The notes under the pieces were generated by a model. It was not told where the DNA came from. It searched no databases and saw only the letters and a list, made by a program, of their open reading frames with translations. The translations under genes and the position numbers were made by a program. Positions 26,333-33,414 of a stretch of 44,050 nucleotides of DNA are shown here, piece by piece (positions within the stretch are counted from its first letter, which is position 1; every line of letters starts with the position of its first letter). Origin of the DNA: an uncultured Clostridia bacterium (lineage in GTDB: Bacteria > Bacillota > Clostridia > Oscillospirales > UBA644); NCBI GenBank assembly GCA_944386305.1, contig CALXAN010000118.1, positions 1 through 44,050 of the forward strand, given 5' to 3'.

Positions 26333-26640
26333 AAAAAAAAAGTCGCTGCAAGCGATATGCAGCCCGCGGCGACGTAAGAAGCAAAAAGATACCTGCTATA
26401 GACGCGAACGCAAAACCGTAATAAAGAAAAAGCCCCGAAACGCGATTTGCGCGTAAGGCTCTCGACTGGCCCGCCTGCAGGGATGCCGGAACGACCGTCC
26501 CGGGACGCGCAGACTCCCCGCAAGGTGGGGCCCTGCCGCACGCTTCTTCGTTAAAAACGTATCACCGGCACGTTTTCTTAACACTCAGACCCTATTGTAG
26601 TTCGAATCCCTCCTAGATAAAAACGCAGCACACATAAAGG
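26333..26640 (-). ncRNA. candidate structured RNA of unknown class
   Basis: A GC-rich island packed with hairpins inside AT-rich non-coding DNA. On the minus strand it ends in GCTGCA-7 nt-TGCAGC followed by GAC and T9. No credible ORF is present. Confidence 0.3.
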
Positions 26641-26656
26641 TGAGTGTTGCATTTTT

Positions 26657-26729
26657 GTAATGACGTAGCAAAAAAGATGACGAAGTCCAGTTTTGCCGTA
26701 AGTAAAAAAATAACGCTGAACCCAAATGA
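26657..26729 (+). repeat. copy B1 of the three-copy direct repeat (lacks the distal hairpin arm)
   Basis: Aligns with copies A and B2 up to ...AACGCTGAACCCAAATGA. Confidence 0.8.
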
Positions 26730-26734
26730 TATGA

Positions 26735-26778
26735 GAGAACCTTGAAATCTACACGATCTCAAGGTTCTCCGTCTTTTA
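26735..26778. terminator. 11-bp stem hairpin between repeat copies B1 and B2
   Basis: GAGAACCTTGA-13 nt-TCAAGGTTCTC followed by CGTCTTTT. Confidence 0.55.
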
Positions 26779-26786
26779 AAAAGTTA

Positions 26787-26876
26787 TGTAACGATGTAGT
26801 AAAAAAGATGCCGAATTTCGATTTTGCAGTAAGAATAAAAAATAACGCTGAACCCGAATGCATGGGTCCAGCGTCA
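26787..26876 (+). repeat. copy B2 of the three-copy direct repeat (full length, includes a minus-strand terminator hairpin)
   Basis: Aligns with copy A through ...ACGCTGAACCCGAATGCATGGGTCCAGCGTCA. Confidence 0.8.
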
Positions 26877-26993
26877 CGCTGGCTGGGATAGCTATACAAT
26901 CCGAATTTTTCAATGTTTTTTCGAGCCGTTGTCACTTGTACGTCACTTATTAAAAAAAATTTAGACTGATGCAAACAAATTTAAATAAAGGTA

Positions 26994-27022
26994 TTGACAT
27001 ACTGGCAATAGTATGCTATAAT
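26994..27022 (+). promoter_or_regulatory. consensus sigma-A promoter
   Basis: TTGACA, a 17-nt spacer, then TATAAT, both exact. Confidence 0.7.
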
Positions 27023-27047
27023 ATATACAGAAAGAGAGGTGAGAAAT

Positions 27048-27149
27048 GTGAAAAGGCGAAAAAAACCTACCGCCATTGAAATTGTCGAAATAACATTAAA
27101 AGCGATAGTAGCCATATCTGCTTTAATAACGGCAATTAAATGGTGGTAG
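27048..27149 (+). CDS. 33-aa basic/hydrophobic peptide (toxin-like or holin-like small membrane peptide)
   Basis: A GTG start lies 7 nt after AGAGGTGAG. The product is MKRRKKPTAIEIVEITLKAIVAISALITAIKWW. Nested GC hairpins follow. Confidence 0.4.
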   Translation: MKRRKKPTAIEIVEITLKAIVAISALITAIKWW

Positions 27150-27223
27150 GCGCCCAAAGGGGCGAAAGCCCCTTCCCCCTTTGGGGGTAGTATTATTATA
27201 GCACACAGAAAGGAGTTTTTCAA

Positions 27224-27397
27224 GTGTCGAAACAGAATTTTTGGTTCGTTACCCTATGCGCATTATTGATTGTTTCATTTCACGTCGGGCTTATTTTACC
27301 GCTGCGAATTGCGATTGCGGCAAACGCCGTCGTGATTATTTTAGATATTATACAACAAATCAGGGGGCGGATTAATGCAGGGAAAACGGAAAACTAA
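27224..27397 (+). CDS. 57-aa small membrane protein
   Basis: A GTG start lies 8 nt after GAAAGGAG. There are two hydrophobic stretches. The 3' end overlaps the next gene. Confidence 0.45.
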   Translation: MSKQNFWFVTLCALLIVSFHVGLILPLRIAIAANAVVIILDIIQQIRGRINAGKTEN

Positions 27398-27578
27398 AAC
27401 ATCATCTGCCGTCAAGCAGAGATATAATGAAAAATCATACGGACGCATTGCAGCATATGTGCCTAAAGAATTGGCCGCAGCGTTCAAAGAAAAATGCGCA
27501 AATACAGGCATATCGCAAGCGCAGATTATAAAGCGCGCTATAGAAGAATTTTTAGAGCAGAACATGGGAGAGGATTAA
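27375..27578 (+). CDS. ribbon-helix-helix (CopG/Arc-like) DNA-binding protein
   Basis: 67 aa with a basic N-terminus, then YGRIAAYVPKELAAAFKEKCANTGISQAQIIKRAIEEFL. Confidence 0.65.
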   Translation: MQGKRKTKTSSAVKQRYNEKSYGRIAAYVPKELAAAFKEKCANTGISQAQIIKRAIEEFLEQNMGED

Positions 27579-27603
27579 TATCCCCTCCCGTCTGCCATAT
27601 ATG

Positions 27604-28638
27604 TCATATCATGTTGACAGCATTTATCAATTCTTGTATTTCTATATGAGTATATACGGCTTCGGTGATGTTCATTGCCGACTTATGACCGACGATTTTC
27701 TTAATAATCGTCTTATTTACATTACGCATAACGGCCTGTGAAATAAACGTATGTCTCGTTTCGTGAGGAGTATGTTGCATGTTAAGGCTATTCATCAAGG
27801 GTGTCCAATAGTTACGATTGTAATTAGAATAGGTCATATGCTGCCCCGAAACAGAGCAAACGGCATAAGAACAGGTAGACAGCTCGTTAAACCTGCGCCA
27901 AAACGGCAGAACCTTGTCCGCTATAGGTACAATGCGCGTACCTGAATTCGTTTTGGATTTGCGTACATAAAACCATTGCTCTTCCAGGTGAACGTCTTCT
28001 TTACGAAGATTGAGCAGATCCGATATGCGAACGCCGGAATATATCAGCATAAGCACGAGCTTTACATAGTCGTTGTCTTCAGCGTTATTCCACAGTACCT
28101 TAATTTCGGCTGTAGTAAACGCCTTGCGCGGCTTAGAGTTATCTTTCTTTTCCACCTTGACGAACGCTGCGTAATTTTTACGTATCGCATCATGTTCCAT
28201 ACACCAGCGATACAATTGATTAAACAAGATATGTATGCGTTTTTGAGTTTGGTAGCCCTTGCTGCACTTATTTATAACGGCTTGCATGTGGTGCGGACGT
28301 ATATCCGCCATGCTCATTTCGTATAAATCGGAGCAGTGCTTATACGCCATTCTGTAATTTTTTACCGTCGACCTATTTGACGTATCATCGAAATTGTCCT
28401 CAAACCACCGTTTATATATGTCTACAAACGTGACCTTAGACAATTGCAAATCATACGGATTATCGTTATATGCAGCCAATGCCGCGACCGCCTCTTGCTT
28501 CGTGCGGTAATATCCGAGATACCGAAATAATTGTCGATTACCCGAATCGTCCCAGCCTATCGTGATGCGGGCGGCGTATGGCTTACGACGTTTGCCTGAA
28601 AGCTTATATACAGACCCGTAGCCGTTTGGCAATCTCAT
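27604..28638 (-). CDS. int: tyrosine integrase
   Basis: The start, MRLPNGYGSVYKLSGKRRKP, follows AAGGTG. It has VRISDL (box I Arg), HETRHTF and VYTH (catalytic Tyr). Confidence 0.9.
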   Translation of the reverse strand: MRLPNGYGSVYKLSGKRRKPYAARITIGWDDSGNRQLFRYLGYYRTKQEAVAALAAYNDNPYDLQLSKVTFVDIYKRWFEDNFDDTSNRSTVKNYRMAYKHCSDLYEMSMADIRPHHMQAVINKCSKGYQTQKRIHILFNQLYRWCMEHDAIRKNYAAFVKVEKKDNSKPRKAFTTAEIKVLWNNAEDNDYVKLVLMLIYSGVRISDLLNLRKEDVHLEEQWFYVRKSKTNSGTRIVPIADKVLPFWRRFNELSTCSYAVCSVSGQHMTYSNYNRNYWTPLMNSLNMQHTPHETRHTFISQAVMRNVNKTIIKKIVGHKSAMNITEAVYTHIEIQELINAVNMI

Positions 28639-28763
28639 TTTTTTCACCTTGACAACATCAAGGCAAAATGATATACTATAATATACCAAGTCGCCTTGAA
28701 TTTATTCACTGTTTTCCTGTCGGCTTGCGTCCAACGCTCCGTGTTGCAGCACGGGGCGTTTTT

Positions 28764-29402
28764 TTATATTACATCTGCCTGAAACGCAATAGCTTTGCCT
28801 AATATTTTGACCTGTTCCAATTCGTTTCCCGTATATATGATATCTTCAAATTTTGGGTTTTCCGGCTTTAAGATGAGCAATTCTTTATCTGTATAATAAT
28901 ACACGCGCTTAAGCGTCGCCTCGTCCCCTATTATGACAACGGCGATTTCTCCGTTATTTACCGCATTTTGACTGCGCACGAATACTATGTCCCCGTCATA
29001 TATTCGAGCATTAATCATACTGTCCCCTTTTGCCCTCAAGCAAAAATCCGCATGTATGTCCGTTCCTACCTCGACATATGACGACCTGTCCTCATCCGCA
29101 TATCGAGGTTCACCGCATGCGATTTCTCCCAACAGGGGGATTTTTTTAGTTTCCACGCGACGGAAACCATACTTCGTCATTTCGTCGACAGAAATAAGTC
29201 CGCTATCCCATCCCATTAGCTCTGCAGGCTGAACATGGAACATATCCGCCAATATTTCAATTTTATTTAACGGAATATTCGTTACTATGCCTTGTTCGTA
29301 CTTATATACGGCTTGAGTTGATATGCCCAATCTTTTTGCGACGGCTTCTTGAGTTAAACCGTTTGCAATTCTCAGATTTTTTATATTTTCTCCTAAGCTC
29401 AA
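28764..29402 (-). CDS. CI-like repressor (XRE HTH + S24 LexA-type peptidase)
   Basis: HTH LTQEAVAKRLGISTQAVYKYEQG; S24 motifs ACGEP, GDSM and TLKRV. Confidence 0.9.
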   Translation of the reverse strand: MSLGENIKNLRIANGLTQEAVAKRLGISTQAVYKYEQGIVTNIPLNKIEILADMFHVQPAELMGWDSGLISVDEMTKYGFRRVETKKIPLLGEIACGEPRYADEDRSSYVEVGTDIHADFCLRAKGDSMINARIYDGDIVFVRSQNAVNNGEIAVVIIGDEATLKRVYYYTDKELLILKPENPKFEDIIYTGNELEQVKILGKAIAFQADVI

Positions 29403-29488
29403 AATATCACCTCACTATTTAAGACATATATATTGTACTATATAACTTATTAGTGGTCAACCCCGATAAAAAATATTTCAAAAATGAC

Positions 29489-29517
29489 TTGACAAGACGT
29501 AAGCTACATGATATACT
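29489..29517 (+). promoter_or_regulatory. early rightward promoter in the immunity region
   Basis: TTGACA, a 17-nt spacer, then TATACT. TAACTT/AAGTTA inverted repeats flank it (29442-29454 and 29524-29543). Confidence 0.6.
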
Positions 29518-29558
29518 ATTAGTAACTTGATAAGTTATTTACAGAAGGGAGTTATACA

Positions 29559-29756
29559 ATGCTGAACCTGAGAATGTTACGAGCTGCTATAGCAGCTGCA
29601 GGATACACCCAAAGAAAACTTGCAAAAGAAATAGGCATGAGCGGATCGACCTTCGCGCGAAGAATAAAATCCGGAAATTTCGGGACAGATGAAGCCATGC
29701 GAATTGTTCGAACTCTAAATATACAAGACCCAGCCAAAATTTTTTTTGCGGACTGA
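29559..29756 (+). CDS. Cro-like HTH regulator
   Basis: 65 aa with YTQRKLAKEIGMSGSTFARRIK. It is divergent from the CI gene. Confidence 0.75.
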   Translation: MLNLRMLRAAIAAAGYTQRKLAKEIGMSGSTFARRIKSGNFGTDEAMRIVRTLNIQDPAKIFFAD

Positions 29757-29769
29757 TTAGCTTGTGAAG

Positions 29770-30375
29770 TTAATTTAAAGTTTCTTTGTCAGAATAATAA
29801 ATTGTAGCTACGGCTCCAAAATTTAGCTGGTTTCCGTCTTCATCCATTTGTCCACCTATTATATCGACGCGCACAGAAATAATTTTGTCTTTTAAAGCGA
29901 GTATGTTATCTATCTCATCGCGCGGAACGTTTCCGATTTGTGTATCGTCAGCGTATACGCCTATTGCAGGACGCCCCTCGAAATCATACACCTTCAAAGA
30001 AAAGAACACGAGCTCATCAAACGGCTTTTGTTCATACTTGATTTTTCTTAAAATTGTTTGACGGGATGTCCCTCCAACATTTTTAAATGTTACTCCAACC
30101 ACTTTAAATTCGTATTCTTTACTTTTTTGATAAACGGTATTTATGCCTTGATTACAGGCATTTAAAGCTTCAGACGCAACTTGCGATTGAACATTTTGTG
30201 TTTTTTTGCTTGACTTCCAAGCTAAAAATATTAGCGCGGCGCCGATTAAAATAACTACTATGCTCCCAATGGCGAGCGACGCTCTGTCTGCTGTTTCTCC
30301 TATCAGCCCAAATAAGCCTATGACGCCGATAATAATTAAAACTATCCCTGCGATCAATTTTTTATCTTTCTTCAT
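29770..30375 (-). CDS. membrane-anchored HIRAN-domain protein (moron)
   Basis: Two N-terminal TM helices, then FKVVGVTFKN...LKVYDFEGRPAIGVYADDTQIGNVPRDEI, which looks like a HIRAN domain. The gene is on the opposite strand to the early operon. Confidence 0.55.
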   Translation of the reverse strand: MKKDKKLIAGIVLIIIGVIGLFGLIGETADRASLAIGSIVVILIGAALIFLAWKSSKKTQNVQSQVASEALNACNQGINTVYQKSKEYEFKVVGVTFKNVGGTSRQTILRKIKYEQKPFDELVFFSLKVYDFEGRPAIGVYADDTQIGNVPRDEIDNILALKDKIISVRVDIIGGQMDEDGNQLNFGAVATIYYSDKETLN

Positions 30376-30462
30376 GTTTTAGCCTCCCCCTAAATATTTT
30401 CGTTTACATTATAACACACGCGCAAGTTATATTCAATATACTCACGCAAAGGAGGATTAATC

Positions 30463-30660
30463 GTGAAAAACAAAATCACCACAAAACAAGCGGCTGAACT
30501 GATGGGAGTGTCGGAACAATTCGTAAGATACGGCCTTCGCAGCGGTAAGCTTCCGTTCGGAGCAGCTGTTCAGGTCACGGGGAAAAGATATTCCTATTAT
30601 ATCAGCCCCGACAGATTCTATAATTTTATCGGAAGAGACATCACGATAGAAAGGAGATAA
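30463..30660 (+). CDS. small HTH DNA-binding protein (excisionase/MerR-like)
   Basis: 65 aa with a GTG start and TTKQAAELMGVSEQFVRYGLRSGKLPF. Confidence 0.55.
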   Translation: MKNKITTKQAAELMGVSEQFVRYGLRSGKLPFGAAVQVTGKRYSYYISPDRFYNFIGRDITIERR

Positions 30661-30662
30661 AA

Positions 30663-31385
30663 ATGGAGGAAATTGAAATTATCGGCAAAGATGCCGCAGA
30701 CATGTCGAGCAATAACGGTTCGGGACTGCTGGACAGCAGCGCGGACAATATCCTGTATTTTGCAGAAAAAGCAGACCAATATATTGCGGCAATGAATAAG
30801 ATTATGGACGCGGCCTTGAAGATTACGAACGAGCGGGACTGGTGTCTGATCGGCGGCAATCCGTACTTGCAGGAGAGCGGAGCGACGAAGATTGCTCGGT
30901 TATTCGGGATAAGCGTCCAATTAATTGGGCAACCAAAAATTGAATGCGACACGCAGGGATATAAGACGTTCACATATAAGGCGCGGTTCATGCTCAAGGA
31001 ACAATTCATAGAGTGCGAAGGGAGCCGATCCGCAAGCGAGGACTTTTTCGCAGGGAAAGGCAGAGCAAAAAAGCCCGACGAGATAGACGAGCGCGACGTA
31101 AAAATGGCGGCATACACGAATTGCCTCAATAACGGCATTAAGCGTCTGATACCCGGACTGCGCGGGCTGGACGTTGACACGTTAGAAAGAGCTGGATTTA
31201 ATATATCGAGGATCAGCGGATACACATTCAAAACAGGGAGCAGAGGCGGTAAAAGCGATAAGGCAGAGGACAGCGAGTTGATGTGCGAGAGCTGCGGAAA
31301 AGCAGTAAGCCAAAAGGTTGCCAGCTATTCTCAAGGCAAGTTTGGCAAAATCCTGTGTATGGAATGTCAAGCCCAAAATAAGTAA
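30663..31385 (+). CDS. putative single-strand annealing / recombination protein with a C-terminal zinc ribbon
   Basis: It lies upstream of the exonuclease. It has GATKIARLFGIS and AAYTNCLNNGIKRL blocks and a CESCG...CMEC zinc ribbon. Confidence 0.3.
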   Translation: MEEIEIIGKDAADMSSNNGSGLLDSSADNILYFAEKADQYIAAMNKIMDAALKITNERDWCLIGGNPYLQESGATKIARLFGISVQLIGQPKIECDTQGYKTFTYKARFMLKEQFIECEGSRSASEDFFAGKGRAKKPDEIDERDVKMAAYTNCLNNGIKRLIPGLRGLDVDTLERAGFNISRISGYTFKTGSRGGKSDKAEDSELMCESCGKAVSQKVASYSQGKFGKILCMECQAQNK

Positions 31386-31399
31386 GGCGTGGAAGACGA

Positions 31400-32314
31400 A
31401 TGAACGCTAAAACGATAAACGAGAGATTATACAAGGCCAAACAAGACAAGATAAAAGTCTATCCGTGCAATAATTTGCGCGCAAGCAACCTCGGACATCC
31501 ATGCGAAAGATACCTCTATCTGCTCATTCGCCATTGGGACGAGCAGAAGCCGTATGACGTGGGCTTGCAGTCGATATTTGACCTCGGTAACACTATCGAG
31601 GAACACACTATAAAAAATATCAAAGAAGCAGGCTATGAGGTAATAACGCCGACCGTTCGGAGCTGGAAAATCGATAATCCGCTCATAACGGGCAGAGAAG
31701 ATATCCGCATTAAGGACGAAAATGGGGAGCTTCTGCCCGTTGAAATCAAAGGGCTGTCCCCTATTGAATATGACAAGCTGAACAGCGTAGAGGACTTTTT
31801 GAAAAGCAAGCGGCATTATGTCCGCGCCTACCCTGCACAGCTATATATCTACATGTACCATTTCAACAAGGAGCGCGGTTTTTTCGCCCTGACGAACAAG
31901 CTTACAGGGCAAACGAAGTTTATTGAAATTCCATTTGATTATGAGTACGCGGAAAATCTGCTGCAAAAAGCCGAGCGAATATATATGGCATTGGAGACAA
32001 ACACGCCACCCGACAGTTGCGACGATGTAAACGTGTGCGAGAATTGCAGTTTGCAACACATATGCGGACAGGCAAAGCGCGTTCCGGCAGACATTGAGCT
32101 TGACGACGAGCTGGAAAACCTCATAACACGCAAGCAGGAGCTTTCCGCGGCAAAGCGTGAATATGAGGACGTGGACAAACAGATAAAAGCGCATGTCGGG
32201 GAGCGCGAAAAGGTTATAACAGGCAGTTATCTGATAACGCGCAACAAGATTGAACGCAAAGCGTACACGGTTGAGGCGCGGACAGAGTACCGCTTGAGCA
32301 TTAAGAAGCTGTGA
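31400..32314 (+). CDS. PD-(D/E)XK exonuclease, Cas4/RecB-like with a Cys cluster
   Basis: Motifs EDIRIKD...VEIKG, an N-terminal HPCERY and a C-terminal CDDVNVCENCSLQHIC. Confidence 0.65.
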   Translation: MNAKTINERLYKAKQDKIKVYPCNNLRASNLGHPCERYLYLLIRHWDEQKPYDVGLQSIFDLGNTIEEHTIKNIKEAGYEVITPTVRSWKIDNPLITGREDIRIKDENGELLPVEIKGLSPIEYDKLNSVEDFLKSKRHYVRAYPAQLYIYMYHFNKERGFFALTNKLTGQTKFIEIPFDYEYAENLLQKAERIYMALETNTPPDSCDDVNVCENCSLQHICGQAKRVPADIELDDELENLITRKQELSAAKREYEDVDKQIKAHVGEREKVITGSYLITRNKIERKAYTVEARTEYRLSIKKL

Positions 32315-32323
32315 GATGATTGA

Positions 32324-32857
32324 ATGAGAGACATTTTATTTCGCGGCAAGAGAACAGATAACGGGGAATGGATTGAGGGGTTTTACGCTAAAAGCGGAGA
32401 TAAGGCTTTCATTATAATAGATAACGACATAGCGATTGGGTATGTCGCAATGAAAGAGGTTGGCCCCGAAACCCTCGGACAATACACAGGTTTGACGGAC
32501 AAGAACGGCACGAAGATTTTTGAAGGCGATATATTGAAAAATATAAAAAACAAAAAAATAGTGTCTGTTGCATGGGACGGGGTGTGCGCTCAATTCGAGT
32601 TGAAGAAAAGAAAAGAAAATAACAAACATTTATTTAATTATTGTGATTTGTTCTTGGTTAATAGATATTATGAAGTCATTGGAAACATTCACGACAATCC
32701 CGAACCAATAGCTCAAGCGTCAAACAATCATATCCACATATATAAAGGCAACGAGTTTGTGTGTCATATGAGTTGTGACATTAAGCAATCTGAAAAAGAA
32801 TTAATTGAAACCCTCGATTTTTATAAAAAACATCACGAAAAGGAGGATCAAACATGA
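32324..32857 (+). CDS. YopX-family phage protein
   Basis: Motifs ILFRGKRTDNGEWIEG, QYTGLTDKNGTKIFEGDI and VIGNIHDNPE. Confidence 0.75.
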   Translation: MRDILFRGKRTDNGEWIEGFYAKSGDKAFIIIDNDIAIGYVAMKEVGPETLGQYTGLTDKNGTKIFEGDILKNIKNKKIVSVAWDGVCAQFELKKRKENNKHLFNYCDLFLVNRYYEVIGNIHDNPEPIAQASNNHIHIYKGNEFVCHMSCDIKQSEKELIETLDFYKKHHEKEDQT

Positions 32858-33402
32858 CTAACGAGTATTATTGGAATTGTATCCCCGTCGGCAAAGAAAG
32901 CGCCGTTACATACAGCGCGCTTTGCGCCATGTGGGGCAAGGACAGGCGTACCGTCCGCGAAATCCTGCACAATCTGAGCCTATACGATAACGGAGACAAC
33001 TACATACTGATCCGGAGCAGTAAGGACGGCGGCGGATTCTACAAAACAGACGATCAGGCGGAGCTTATTGCATTCAAAAAAGAGTGCTTAAACAAGGGGC
33101 GAAGCAACTTTGCACCCGTCAAGAAAATCAATCGAGTGTTAAACGCTCAATTTGAGGACTTGCAAGAAGCTTTATTCAATAATTTACGGGCGGCCCGTAT
33201 ACAATCAGGTTTGAAACAGGATGAGGTTGTAGAGCGTCTGAGGGCGTTAAACGAGCCTATTGACGCTCCTATGCTTTCAAGGTTTGAGAGCGGACAATGT
33301 TTGCCCATGCCGTCGATGTTGCGCAAAATGGCGCAGATATACCGAATGCAGCCTGAAGACTTAATCGCCGTCAATGACACTGCAAGCTTGTATGTAATCT
33401 AA
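32854..33402 (+). CDS. phage protein with a C-terminal XRE-type HTH
   Basis: 182 aa with LRAARIQSGLKQDEVVERL...LRKMAQIY. Confidence 0.5.
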   Translation: MTNEYYWNCIPVGKESAVTYSALCAMWGKDRRTVREILHNLSLYDNGDNYILIRSSKDGGGFYKTDDQAELIAFKKECLNKGRSNFAPVKKINRVLNAQFEDLQEALFNNLRAARIQSGLKQDEVVERLRALNEPIDAPMLSRFESGQCLPMPSMLRKMAQIYRMQPEDLIAVNDTASLYVI

Positions 33403-33414
33403 GGAGATATCTCT

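Larger units (their letters stand above)
13731..26729 (-). mobile_element. phage-derived tail-only gene cluster (candidate F-type tailocin locus or prophage remnant)
   Basis: It is bounded by repeat copies A and B1. It contains only a sigma factor, tail, fibre and holin-type genes, plus one antisense moron insert. Confidence 0.6.

Noticed and set aside
26178-26584. Three overlapping minus-strand ORFs (26178..26384, 26245..26541 and 26396..26584).
   Set aside because: They have no RBS, they overlap one another in different frames, their products are Arg/Cys-rich nonsense, and they coincide with hairpins and a terminator. I treat the region as non-coding, possibly RNA.
26598-26620. tRNA-like T-loop string GTTCGAATCCCTCC, considered as a possible tRNA or tmRNA 3' fragment marking an att site.
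   Set aside because: There is no complementary 5' T-stem, no acceptor stem and no CCA context. The tmRNA and tRNA cores I know do not fit on either strand.
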